Shown: one piece after another, positions 45,760 through 54,830 of the stretch
Position numbering within the stretch: position 1 is the first letter of the stretch
Layout of the letters: the number at the start of each line of letters is the position of its first letter
The notes under the pieces: generated by a model
The model's database searches: none
The model's input: the letters and a program-made list of their open reading frames with translations, nothing else
Told to the model about the DNA's origin: nothing
DNA from: a virus
Taxonomy: Duplodnaviria > Caudoviricetes
Virus record (IMG/VR): IMGVR_UViG_3300022602_000110
Coordinates: 1 to 57,295 of that record
Strand: one strand, 5' to 3'
Length of the DNA: 57,295 nt
Program-made: the position numbers and the translations under genes

Positions 45760-48276
45760 ATGCCATACAACTTAGTAAAATTTGACGGGACTGCCTTAGT
45801 TGCTGTTGCTGACGGTGAAATAGATAATCAAATCACCACTAGCATTAACTTTATCGGTAAGAATGTTACAGACTATGGTACTGCTCAAAACGATAACTTC
45901 TTATGGCTATTAGAAAATTTTGCCGCAACTACTTCTCCAATTAATCCAATACAGGGTCAGATTTGGTTTGATTCTTCATTTGCTTCGCCATCAACTGGAA
46001 GTTTAAGACCTAAGATCTATGACGGCGGCAATTGGAGAACGCTTGGTATAACTGAAATTAATCCTACACAACCTACATATCTACAACCGGGAGATTTATG
46101 GTTTGACAGCAATTTAAAACAGTTATGGGTACAAACAAATACTGCTAGTAATTTTAGCTTAATTGGTCCAGAGTTGGTTGTTGGATTTAATAACACCAAA
46201 TGGACATCTAATTCAGTTTTAGATTCTCTTAATACATCTCATGCTGTAGTTTCTATAGCAGTAAACGGTAGTATAATTGCCGCGGCTTCTGCAGATGCAT
46301 TTACAATTTCTGCTTCTGATCCATTTTATACAGCAGGATTTACACAATTACACAAAGGATTAACGTTTGTAGATTCGTCTGTGGCATTATATGGCAATGT
46401 TGAAGATTCTAGATATACAAAATCCACATCTACTGAAATTATTACAGGCGAGTGGAGTTTTAACGAAGGCATTAACATTGGTACAGGTAGTATCAGTGTA
46501 GACGGATCCGGCAATTTAATGTTGTTCAGCGGAAACGGCACAGTAATGTTAAATGCCTCAAACATTTTACCACCTGGAATAAATTCTAGTTTAGGATCAA
46601 CAACCGCTACATTTAAAAATATTTACGGAACAAACATTAGCGCAGGCGCTAGTTCTGCATCTGGTTTGTTTATTGGTAATTGGGCATTATCGAATTCTAG
46701 TAGTTTCCATCCTGTATCGGACAGTTCTAATAATTTAGGTTTATCTAATCTTAGATGGGGTAATGTATATGCCTCTCAAGTGTCTGCAGGATCTACAGCA
46801 TCAAGTGCTACAATAGAAGGTCAGTGGTCATTCACAAATAATAGCAAATTAACAAGCCCTGTATTGCAAACTCCGACATTAACTGCTGGATCTCCTAGCA
46901 CATCTGGTACACTAATTGGTCAATGGAGTGCTGGACCAGGAAGTACCATACATGCTACTGCGGTTGTTGATTCATTAGGCGGCGTTCAGGCACCAGATGT
47001 AAATCCGACTCCTACTACTGTAGCATTACGTGATGGCATAGGTAACCTTAACGCAGTAACTTTTTATGGAAATTTAACAGGTAGTATTGTAACCGCTACT
47101 AATTTTTATGGAGGAACATTTAATGGTCCTGTAATAGGTGATGTTCAGGCTAAAACTATTACTTCTCAGATAGTCTATAGTGATGTAGATGGTAGCCTTC
47201 GTGGCGCTACGGTTACTGCAACTAATGTATATGCTACATTAAATGGCTCATTAAATTCTAATAGTATTAGTGCTGGTAGTAATTCAAGTCCAGGTACTAT
47301 TATCGGCAAATGGAATTTTACTCCAGATAGTCAGTTAGGTGTAAATTACATTTCAACAGGGTCTGGTGTAAACGGAACAATAGTTGGTCAATGGAGATTG
47401 GCGTCTGGAAGTACATTCCAAGCAACTAATTTAATCGATGCTACTGGTGCCAATGTCGGTACTGATGTTAATCCTACAAATTCAACAATAGCACAGCGTT
47501 CAGGCCAAGGTGATTTGTACGCTAATAATTTTTATGGAAATGTACATGGTGATGTACATGGTAATTTAATTGGTGACGCTGTTACAGCAACTAATTTTTA
47601 TGGAACATTACACGGAAGTATAGCAGGTGGTGGTAGTGTTGCGTTTGCGACAGATGCAGATAATTTAGCCTTTAACGGTAGCTATGTTAAATCTACTTCT
47701 AGTAATGTTATTAATACAGTTGTAGCTCGAGATGCAAATGGTAATTTTGCCACCAACGCAATTACCGCAGTAGGAGCAATAAGCACTCCTAACTTGTTAT
47801 CAGGTGTAGCAAATGATTCTTCTGCTCCTGGTTATATCACCGGAAAGTGGACTTTAACATCTGGTTCAACTTTACAAGCAACTTACGCTGACTTGGCAGA
47901 AAAATACTTGCCAGATAACGAATATGCTCCAGGAAGTTTATTGATGTTTGGCGGAAATGCAGAAGTTACTCTTTCTAATGGAGCAGGCAACACACAAATT
48001 GCAGGTATTGTTTCGACTAAACCTGCCTATATGCTGAATAGTGAATTAGAAAGCGGTGTATATATTGCTTTGGCAGGGCGAGTGCCTTGCATGGTCGTTG
48101 GACCAATCAGTCCAGGGGATTTATTAGTAGCAAGTTACATACCTGGCGTAGCAACTTCAATTCAAAATATTTTTGGACCTACTAGCTATACATTAGGATC
48201 AATTATTGGGCGAGCTATACAAGGGTACAGCGATCCGGTAATCGTTGGAACAATCGAAGTTAAAGTAGGAATGTAA
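45760..48276 (+). CDS. Tail fibre (paralogue 3) with a C-terminal chaperone-like domain
   Basis: Shared N-terminus; repeated G.W motifs; C-terminal YADLAEKY...GIVSTKPAY...ALAGRVPC. Confidence 0.7.
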   Translation: MPYNLVKFDGTALVAVADGEIDNQITTSINFIGKNVTDYGTAQNDNFLWLLENFAATTSPINPIQGQIWFDSSFASPSTGSLRPKIYDGGNWRTLGITEINPTQPTYLQPGDLWFDSNLKQLWVQTNTASNFSLIGPELVVGFNNTKWTSNSVLDSLNTSHAVVSIAVNGSIIAAASADAFTISASDPFYTAGFTQLHKGLTFVDSSVALYGNVEDSRYTKSTSTEIITGEWSFNEGINIGTGSISVDGSGNLMLFSGNGTVMLNASNILPPGINSSLGSTTATFKNIYGTNISAGASSASGLFIGNWALSNSSSFHPVSDSSNNLGLSNLRWGNVYASQVSAGSTASSATIEGQWSFTNNSKLTSPVLQTPTLTAGSPSTSGTLIGQWSAGPGSTIHATAVVDSLGGVQAPDVNPTPTTVALRDGIGNLNAVTFYGNLTGSIVTATNFYGGTFNGPVIGDVQAKTITSQIVYSDVDGSLRGATVTATNVYATLNGSLNSNSISAGSNSSPGTIIGKWNFTPDSQLGVNYISTGSGVNGTIVGQWRLASGSTFQATNLIDATGANVGTDVNPTNSTIAQRSGQGDLYANNFYGNVHGDVHGNLIGDAVTATNFYGTLHGSIAGGGSVAFATDADNLAFNGSYVKSTSSNVINTVVARDANGNFATNAITAVGAISTPNLLSGVANDSSAPGYITGKWTLTSGSTLQATYADLAEKYLPDNEYAPGSLLMFGGNAEVTLSNGAGNTQIAGIVSTKPAYMLNSELESGVYIALAGRVPCMVVGPISPGDLLVASYIPGVATSIQNIFGPTSYTLGSIIGRAIQGYSDPVIVGTIEVKVGM

Positions 48277-48277
48277 A

Positions 48278-49465
48278 ATGTCATATATATTATATAAAAC
48301 AAACGGTACGGTATTAACAACAATTTTAGATGGGTCAATCGATCAAACATCTACACCATTAACTTTAGTAGGCAAAAACTATTCCGGTTATGGACAAATT
48401 ATTAATCAAGATTTAATTAAATTAACAGAAAATTTTGCATACAATGTTCAACCTGCAAATGCAATGACAGGTCAACTTTGGTATGATTCTGCAAACAAAG
48501 CTCTTAAAGCATATAACGGAAGTAGATTTAGACAGCTAGCAGTAATTGATAGTAATTCTAATGGCCCAACTGATGCAGTCCAAGGTGATTTATGGTTTAA
48601 TGAAACAGATCAAAAACTGTATTATAATAACGGCACTACTTGGCTAGTTATCGGTCCTCAATTTACTGGACTAGGTTCTAACAATCTTATAACACCACAA
48701 TTAGTTTATGATACCGGTACTGCTCCTCATTTTATTTTAGAAGCACAGATGCAGTTAGGTAGCGTAACTACTTCAACTGAGGTGGCCGCAGTATTTTCAG
48801 TAGACGAATTTACACTAAATGGAAGTTCGTCTGTCAATGGTTTTAATATTATTAAATCTGGTATTACTTTATATGGTGCTGATCCTATCACTGGAGTATC
48901 TGCTTCTGGACCAACTGGGTCAACTATCATGTGGGGAACATCTGCAGATTCCTTAAGATTAGGTGGAGTATCTGCAAATCAATACGTTACAGTTAATGCT
49001 CCTCAATTCAACAGTCAACTAAGTGTTAATAGTAAATTAGGAGTCAATATTAACACCGGCGACTTAATTTTACAAAGCATATTAGTTGGCGGATATACTC
49101 AAGCAGTTATTTCGGCCAATAACTCAAACGGTAATAACGGAACTAAATTACAGGTAAATGTTAACCTTGGTAACACAACAACTAACATAGTTAGTTTTGG
49201 AGCAAGTGGTGGCGGTACTCCTGCAATATTGCCAACTACTGCGGTAGGAGTTACTACAGACATTGGTACAATTACAGCACCGTTTGGACAAGTGTATTCA
49301 AATAAAGTAAACGCAAACATGTTTACGATTACGAATCAATATAGTAGTAATGCGGCCCGTGACGCCGCAATACCAGCACCTTCAATCGGTACTATTGTGT
49401 TGGTTGGAACTACATTCCAGGGAAATGTGGACGGTACTATAACAGGATGGGTTAACTTAAATTAA
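48278..49465 (+). CDS. Tail fibre/baseplate protein (paralogue 4)
   Basis: Shared N-terminus LVGKNYSGYG...ENFA...GQLWYD. Confidence 0.7.
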   Translation: MSYILYKTNGTVLTTILDGSIDQTSTPLTLVGKNYSGYGQIINQDLIKLTENFAYNVQPANAMTGQLWYDSANKALKAYNGSRFRQLAVIDSNSNGPTDAVQGDLWFNETDQKLYYNNGTTWLVIGPQFTGLGSNNLITPQLVYDTGTAPHFILEAQMQLGSVTTSTEVAAVFSVDEFTLNGSSSVNGFNIIKSGITLYGADPITGVSASGPTGSTIMWGTSADSLRLGGVSANQYVTVNAPQFNSQLSVNSKLGVNINTGDLILQSILVGGYTQAVISANNSNGNNGTKLQVNVNLGNTTTNIVSFGASGGGTPAILPTTAVGVTTDIGTITAPFGQVYSNKVNANMFTITNQYSSNAARDAAIPAPSIGTIVLVGTTFQGNVDGTITGWVNLN

Positions 49466-49470
49466 TTCAT

Positions 49471-49496
49471 AAAAAAAGCACCTTGCGGTGCTTTTT
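49471..49496. terminator. Bidirectional rho-independent terminator
   Basis: A7-GCACC-TTGC-GGTGC-T5 between convergent gene blocks. Confidence 0.9.
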
Positions 49497-49499
49497 AAT

Positions 49500-50162
49500 T
49501 TAAGCTTCAGCTTTGGTTTTAGCTGGAGCTTTCTTTTTGGTCGGAACCAAATCTTCTGCTAGTTGACGCATCTTCGCGGCTTCTTTAGCTAGCTTATCTG
49601 CTTGACTGCGATAATACTTGGCTTGGTCTTCTGGAGTACCTGCCGGTGCAACAGTTCCTGCAACTGGTGCAGTTTCTGTAACAGATGCTGTTTCTTCGAT
49701 AACAATATCTGCGCTTTCATTTAGATATTCTTTGGCCGCTTCTGGCTTTTTATTAGCCATAGTTGGAATGGTTGAATTAGAACCATCTTTAATAGCCAAC
49801 TGCTCTAAAGTAATACCGCGTTGTTCTGCAATTAACTTGTTCAATTCATCTAATTGAATTGATGTTTTATTGTCTGGAGTGACCAGTACTAGGTTAGTAG
49901 GAACTCGTTTCAAATGACCGTTGACATGAAGATATTCAAGCATGTTGTTACCATCTGGGAACTTTCTAACTGCTAATACATCGGCGATTTCTTCTGCTTG
50001 TTGTCCACTTTCGTGTTCTAACACACTCATTAGATTATCGTGATAAATGTCACGTAGTCCTGCAGATGCACATACTAGCCCATAGTTTGGGTCACCTGGT
50101 AAAGTGCGGTAAATGATTACCACTCTTGTACCGTTGTTTTTCATTTTGCCAACGTGTTTCAT
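49500..50162 (-). CDS. Hypothetical protein (likely start MKHVGK)
   Basis: AAGGA SD upstream of ATG 50162; C-terminal coiled coil and basic tail. Confidence 0.75.
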   Translation of the reverse strand: MKHVGKMKNNGTRVVIIYRTLPGDPNYGLVCASAGLRDIYHDNLMSVLEHESGQQAEEIADVLAVRKFPDGNNMLEYLHVNGHLKRVPTNLVLVTPDNKTSIQLDELNKLIAEQRGITLEQLAIKDGSNSTIPTMANKKPEAAKEYLNESADIVIEETASVTETAPVAGTVAPAGTPEDQAKYYRSQADKLAKEAAKMRQLAEDLVPTKKKAPAKTKAEA

Positions 50163-50172
50163 ATTCTTTTCC

Positions 50173-50400
50173 TTATTGTGTTGCACCGTCTTGTGCTGGA
50201 GCCGCTGGGGCTACTGCTTTCAAGAAAGTGTCTAACTTAGTGAATACTGCACCAACGGCGGCCATTTCGGCGGCCTTAAAAGCACCACGTGTGCAAGCAA
50301 CATCAATAATTGCTCTTAGGTTTTGTAGATCTGTAACTGTTAGATCTGGACCTTGTGGTTGTGCTGGTTGTTGCGTATTTTGATCTACTGCGTCTGTCAT
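50173..50400 (-). CDS. Hypothetical protein
   Basis: AAGGAG SD; tight operon packing. Confidence 0.75.
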   Translation of the reverse strand: MTDAVDQNTQQPAQPQGPDLTVTDLQNLRAIIDVACTRGAFKAAEMAAVGAVFTKLDTFLKAVAPAAPAQDGATQ

Positions 50401-50410
50401 GTTATTCTCC

Positions 50411-50692
50411 TTATTTGTGCAGATATGGGCATGCTAATGATAACATAGAAAGTTCTTTTGGTTCTTCTACCCCAATCTCATATGCTGTTATTAATTTATT
50501 ACTGTGAGGATCCACAGCCTGTATCTTTCGAATACAATAACGGCTATCTAAATTGGTATAAATCCAATTGTCTATTTCTCGTATCTTATCAATTTCCTTA
50601 ATTTTCATCTTAGCAAAATTTGGGGGTATACGATCTAGTTTCCTCATATTGAGGACGTTCAATGCGTTTACCCTACCTTTTGATAAAGACAT
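50411..50692 (-). CDS. Hypothetical protein
   Basis: Tight operon packing. Confidence 0.7.
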   Translation of the reverse strand: MSLSKGRVNALNVLNMRKLDRIPPNFAKMKIKEIDKIREIDNWIYTNLDSRYCIRKIQAVDPHSNKLITAYEIGVEEPKELSMLSLACPYLHK

Positions 50693-50704
50693 AATATACC
50701 TACT

Positions 50705-51964
50705 TTATTTATAATAGGCAGTCTGGCCGAATGGAGCAATTATGGATTCATTGCCGTGAATAACAAACAAACTTTCGCAATAATTTTCATCTCCCCAGCT
50801 ACCGCAAGGATACCCGTCAGTGAACATGATAAAGCGTTTTGGCTCAATACCTTCTTCTTTCATAAATTCAAAGTTGGCATCAAAATCAGTACCACCACCA
50901 CCTTTACATTCATAAGTCAAAATCTCATCTGCATTGTCGCCTGTAAAACGAGCATAGTTATAAATGCCGGTATCAAAGCACCACAAGTCTAGTTTAAAGT
51001 CTACATATTCGTCCATAATGCCTTTAACTTCACTTAGGAAATCTTTGGCCATTTTGTCACTAATAGAACCTGACATATCAATTGCTACTGATACGTCAAT
51101 GGTTTCTTCATTTAACATTCCTGGTAGCACAGCGCCACACATTTGACTTTTGCGATTAGGACGAGTAAAACTAAAATTGCTCTTTAGAATACTTTGAATA
51201 TTCATACGCAACAGTTGACGCCAATCCATTTTAGGTTCAGTAAAGTCTTTAATCAAACGTGCAACACCTGCAGGCACTTTGCCTGCACCTGCGGCCTGAG
51301 CCGCACTAACCATTGCCTCTTTGATTTCGTCTCGGATCTTTTTCTTTTCTTCAGCAGTAAGTTTTGGACGACCTTTACCACTGCCGTCAACGTCACCACC
51401 TTCTCCGCCACCTTCGTTTTCGTCATCGCCGTCTAAGTGTTCGTCGAGCAATTCTCCTAGTGAATTGATATCGATCTTAATTGCTTTCTTTTCAATTTCT
51501 TCGTAAATTTCCTCGTAACTCCAACCTCTGTATTTGTTGTCTTGGAAAATTTTAATAGAACGTGGCACTTCGCCGATGCGTTCATCTACAAGAATTTGAT
51601 TAACTGCGTAGTCAGCCGCAATGTTACTAAGTTGAGGATCACGGAAATCTCTACGACCCATGTGATCAAATACGTTATGCAAAACTTCGTGTGCAAAACC
51701 AAATTCACATTCTTTTGGATTTAGTCCATCGACGAATTCTAAATTGTAGTAAAAACGGCGACCGTCTGTTGCTAACGTACCACACCAGTCACTGGCTTCG
51801 ATCAGTTGAAGCCGAGTAGCCATGTTACCAAAAAACGGATGACGCAACAGCAGGCCTACACGAGCTGTAATTAATTTGTCAAGGACAAGGTCTTTCTCTC
51901 GTTGAGTAAACTCACGTTGGGTTTTTACTTTTTTAGTCTTTTCTTGTTTCATTACTGCTGACAT
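50705..51964 (-). CDS. Metallopeptidase-like (HExxH) plus vWA domain protein (DUF2201-type), the partner of the MoxR ATPase
   Basis: ATDGR, AHEVLH, NIAADYAVN; MIDAS motif IDMSGS; GGGTDF and MFTDG. Confidence 0.88.
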   Translation of the reverse strand: MSAVMKQEKTKKVKTQREFTQREKDLVLDKLITARVGLLLRHPFFGNMATRLQLIEASDWCGTLATDGRRFYYNLEFVDGLNPKECEFGFAHEVLHNVFDHMGRRDFRDPQLSNIAADYAVNQILVDERIGEVPRSIKIFQDNKYRGWSYEEIYEEIEKKAIKIDINSLGELLDEHLDGDDENEGGGEGGDVDGSGKGRPKLTAEEKKKIRDEIKEAMVSAAQAAGAGKVPAGVARLIKDFTEPKMDWRQLLRMNIQSILKSNFSFTRPNRKSQMCGAVLPGMLNEETIDVSVAIDMSGSISDKMAKDFLSEVKGIMDEYVDFKLDLWCFDTGIYNYARFTGDNADEILTYECKGGGGTDFDANFEFMKEEGIEPKRFIMFTDGYPCGSWGDENYCESLFVIHGNESIIAPFGQTAYYK

Positions 51965-51993
51965 GGCAATTCCTTATTAGTGACTGTATATAT

Positions 51994-52022
51994 ATTATAT
52001 ATGTTTTTTACCAAATTGTCAA
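51994..52022 (-). promoter_or_regulatory. Perfect sigma70 consensus promoter TTGACA-17-TATAAT
   Basis: tgtcaa at 52017-52022 and attata at 51994-51999, 30 nt upstream of the vWA gene. Confidence 0.85.
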
Positions 52023-52186
52023 TAATTTTCTTTGACAATATAGTATTGTGGCTTAGGATACTTTTCTAGAATTTGTTGTTCTTTAATGTATTCATTCATT
52101 TTTGGTGCAGTGAAAAACATCTGATGTAACACGGGTTTGTGTGTACTAGAATCAACTACTGACAAGTACCAAGATTTAACAGCCAT
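52019..52186 (-). CDS. 55 aa hypothetical protein (below the ORF track cutoff)
   Basis: MAVKSWYLSVVDSSTHKPVLHQMFFTAPKMNEYIKEQQILEKYPKPQYYIVKENY*, with an AAAGGA SD. Confidence 0.7.
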   Translation of the reverse strand: MAVKSWYLSVVDSSTHKPVLHQMFFTAPKMNEYIKEQQILEKYPKPQYYIVKENY

Positions 52187-52204
52187 ACTATCCTTTCGTT
52201 AATT

Positions 52205-52226
52205 AAAAAAAGGCCCCGAAGGGCCT
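52205..52226 (-). terminator. Rho-independent terminator with a cUUCGg loop
   Basis: Minus strand AGGCCC-TTCG-GGGCCT followed by a T run, immediately after the MoxR stop. Confidence 0.9.
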
Positions 52227-52229
52227 GTA

Positions 52230-53315
52230 TTATCCTTCCATTGCTGAGATAATGTACTTACCGTACTTATCATGGAATTTATCAAAGTTCTTCAGCTTGC
52301 TGGAATCAAATGGCAAGTTATAGTTAGTAAGTGCAACCTTAGCACCCATAACAACTAGCTCAGTTGGGAAATTATCCATCATAAAACCAAAGAAGTTATC
52401 TGCCATAGAGTCCCAGTCTTTGACTCGTTTTTGGTCCGCTGTCTGAAGCTCGTAGCACAAACTAATACTCAAAGAATACATAGCGGAGATTTCCTTGATT
52501 GCAATCTTATCAATCTTACCGCTTAGAATATCTTCTGGCTTAGGCATTTGTTTTGCAACTTTGCGGTGAGCCATAAACTTAACAGCAAGCCCCTCGCCGA
52601 CTGCACCTGAAACGAGGTCAGTGAGCGTATTCTCAGGAAGGTCTTCGTCGGCAAGGAGCTCTGACACAAATGACCAAGAGCGAGGAGTAGCAAAGCTACG
52701 GCTTGGGCTCTTTGGATCAAAATCGTACAAGTCTTGTTTTGCAAAACCAAGATAACCAACAACTTGTTCGTGAATCTTATTGTTAACTGCCCATTCCAAC
52801 CAGTCTTCAAAATCGTAAGTAAGTTCAATGTGAACAAAACGATTTGCCAACGGAGCAGGCATACGATAAGTAACACCCTTGTCAGTTTCGCGGTTACCAG
52901 CCGCAACAATTGAAACACCATCTGGCAATTTATATGTACCAACACGGCGATTCAAAATAAGTTGATAAGCCGCGGCCTGTGTAGCAGGAGCCGCTGAATT
53001 AAGTTCGTCCAAGAATAGAATAGCAGTACTATTTGGATCACTAGGAAGTTCACCAGGAGGTGCCCATGTCATTGTTCCTAGATTGGAATTGTAATAAGGG
53101 ATACCTTTAATGTCTGTAGGTTCCCATAGGCTCAAACGAACGTCAATAACTTCACGCTCTTGTTCTTCACCAATTTGTTTAACAATATCGGACTTACCGA
53201 TACCTGGAGGGCCCCACATGAACACAGGGCGTTTAATTTTGATACATTTACGTAGCGCAACTTTAGCCTGATTTGGCGTTTGTGTACGATTACCTACTGA
53301 CTCACCTTTTGCCAT
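52230..53315 (-). CDS. MoxR-family AAA+ ATPase
   Basis: Walker A WGPPGIGKS, Walker B LFLDELN, AAGN, and arginine finger LANRF. Confidence 0.9.
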   Translation of the reverse strand: MAKGESVGNRTQTPNQAKVALRKCIKIKRPVFMWGPPGIGKSDIVKQIGEEQEREVIDVRLSLWEPTDIKGIPYYNSNLGTMTWAPPGELPSDPNSTAILFLDELNSAAPATQAAAYQLILNRRVGTYKLPDGVSIVAAGNRETDKGVTYRMPAPLANRFVHIELTYDFEDWLEWAVNNKIHEQVVGYLGFAKQDLYDFDPKSPSRSFATPRSWSFVSELLADEDLPENTLTDLVSGAVGEGLAVKFMAHRKVAKQMPKPEDILSGKIDKIAIKEISAMYSLSISLCYELQTADQKRVKDWDSMADNFFGFMMDNFPTELVVMGAKVALTNYNLPFDSSKLKNFDKFHDKYGKYIISAMEG

Positions 53316-53364
53316 TTTATTCCTCGTTTAGTTTAATAAAAACAGTATTGCTCACTGTTTTAAT

Positions 53365-53393
53365 AGTATAACACTCTTAGAGGGGTTTGTCAA
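53365..53393 (-). promoter_or_regulatory. Sigma70-type promoter TTGACA-17-TATACT for MoxR
   Basis: tgtcaa at 53388-53393 and agtata at 53365-53370. Confidence 0.75.
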
Positions 53394-53787
53394 TTGCTTC
53401 TTGTGTCTTTTTTGCGTTAGAGCGAGCTTTTGCTAGTCCAAATTTAGCAATGTCGCCGGAAAACAACACCAATTGTATTGCTACTTTTTCTGAGAATACA
53501 TGGATAATTTGTTTATCTATGTAATAGGGACAGTCAATGTATTTGTTTAAACGAAGCTCTAATTGGCTTGTCCATTCTGTTTCTTTTGGAACTCGTATTG
53601 AATGTGTTTTTACATCCATCTTTTGAGTTAATGTCTTGAAACCTGCTTCTGTTAGTTTAAGTGCAGAATTGCCCTTACGTCTAGGGTTGTACCAAAATAC
53701 AGGCAAATATTTTCTAATGGTTTTGTCGTCTGTAGCTAATTCCAAACTTTCTAACAACTTTTTGGTTAGCTCGATTTTGTAGTCCAT
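53377..53787 (-). CDS. Hypothetical protein
   Basis: Abuts the upstream gene (TAA directly followed by ATG). Confidence 0.7.
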   Translation of the reverse strand: MDYKIELTKKLLESLELATDDKTIRKYLPVFWYNPRRKGNSALKLTEAGFKTLTQKMDVKTHSIRVPKETEWTSQLELRLNKYIDCPYYIDKQIIHVFSEKVAIQLVLFSGDIAKFGLAKARSNAKKTQEAIDKPL

Positions 53788-54072
53788 TTATACTAGCTTT
53801 TCTCCAGTAGTAAGTTTGTACACGGAGAAGTCCTTACAGTTGAATAGTTTGTTTAATTTTTCTGCTAAATTGATAGCATGACCGGAATTTGAAAAACTAA
53901 CCTTTTTATATTTGGGCCCAATTTCTTGAGCCAACATGCTAGACGTTTTCAGATTAACGGGCTTATCTTTATAAAAAACTGCCCAGATGGCATCTGCTTC
54001 TAAAACTTGTTCAGTTTTATAATTTTTCTTGTTTGTTATTTCTAACAACACGGTTGGTTTAGGTCTAGACAC
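53788..54072 (-). CDS. Hypothetical protein (GTG start, MSRPKP)
   Basis: GGAG upstream, TATAAATA at 54100-54107. Confidence 0.75.
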   Translation of the reverse strand: MSRPKPTVLLEITNKKNYKTEQVLEADAIWAVFYKDKPVNLKTSSMLAQEIGPKYKKVSFSNSGHAINLAEKLNKLFNCKDFSVYKLTTGEKLV

Positions 54073-54073
54073 G

Positions 54074-54107
54074 ATATGCGTACTCCAAATATACGCATAT
54101 ATTTATA
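54074..54107 (-). promoter_or_regulatory. Late promoter TATAAATA plus a 9 bp hairpin covering the ribosome-binding region
   Basis: ATATGCGTA at 54074-54082 pairs with TACGCATAT at 54092-54100; TATAAATA at 54100-54107. Confidence 0.7.
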
Positions 54108-54117
54108 ACAGATAGTG

Positions 54118-54342
54118 TTAAAAAGTACCACCATCCATGCTTACTTGAATCGTATCTTCGGTAGCAGGTTTAGATAATTGTGCATCTAAATTGCCTGCTA
54201 AACGTGTCATTGCAAGTGCTAGGCTATCTGTAAGAGCAATGGCGTCTTTTATGTCTAAAACAACCGTTTTCTGACCGGATTTGTTTGCAATTCGAACCTT
54301 ATCTATAAGGTTTTCGATAGGTAATGTGTTTAATTGTTTCAT
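54118..54342 (-). CDS. Hypothetical protein
   Basis: ATGA overlap with the upstream gene; C-terminus MDGGTF. Confidence 0.7.
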   Translation of the reverse strand: MKQLNTLPIENLIDKVRIANKSGQKTVVLDIKDAIALTDSLALAMTRLAGNLDAQLSKPATEDTIQVSMDGGTF

Positions 54343-54824
54343 GGTTGTTTACTTACTGTATTAAGTACTGACCTCATTTCTGCTTCTGTTTTAAAAGGAC
54401 CTTTAAACGGATATCGTTCTAAAGTAATTAGTTTGGGACAAAATGATTTAACCCATCCTTTTCTAAACTGAATAACATAATATCCTGCACAGTACTGACT
54501 TTTACTTTTGGTACTTTTAGCATAAATGGGTAATCTTTGTTGCACGTTGTACAATGGATTATATGGTTTACTAGAGCAAGGAAAATCATACACAGTATGA
54601 TTGTTTTTCTTTACTACCTTAGTAGGACCAGGTGTGTCGGAAAATTCTACACCTAATTTTTCCTTAACATCTTTTATAGATCCGATTTCGATTCTGCGAC
54701 CTTGACGTATAAACGAAAATACTTTTTTCTCTTTATTAAGTGTACCTAACTTTGTACCCTCTTGTTCCAATAACCAACTTTTATTTGGTATCAACACCTT
54801 AGCTGTAGTCATTATTTCCTCCAT
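54339..54824 (-). CDS. Hypothetical protein (real start probably the second Met, MTTAK)
   Basis: A GGAGG SD precedes the second Met. Confidence 0.7.
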   Translation of the reverse strand: MEEIMTTAKVLIPNKSWLLEQEGTKLGTLNKEKKVFSFIRQGRRIEIGSIKDVKEKLGVEFSDTPGPTKVVKKNNHTVYDFPCSSKPYNPLYNVQQRLPIYAKSTKSKSQYCAGYYVIQFRKGWVKSFCPKLITLERYPFKGPFKTEAEMRSVLNTVSKQP

Positions 54825-54830
54825 CCTGTA

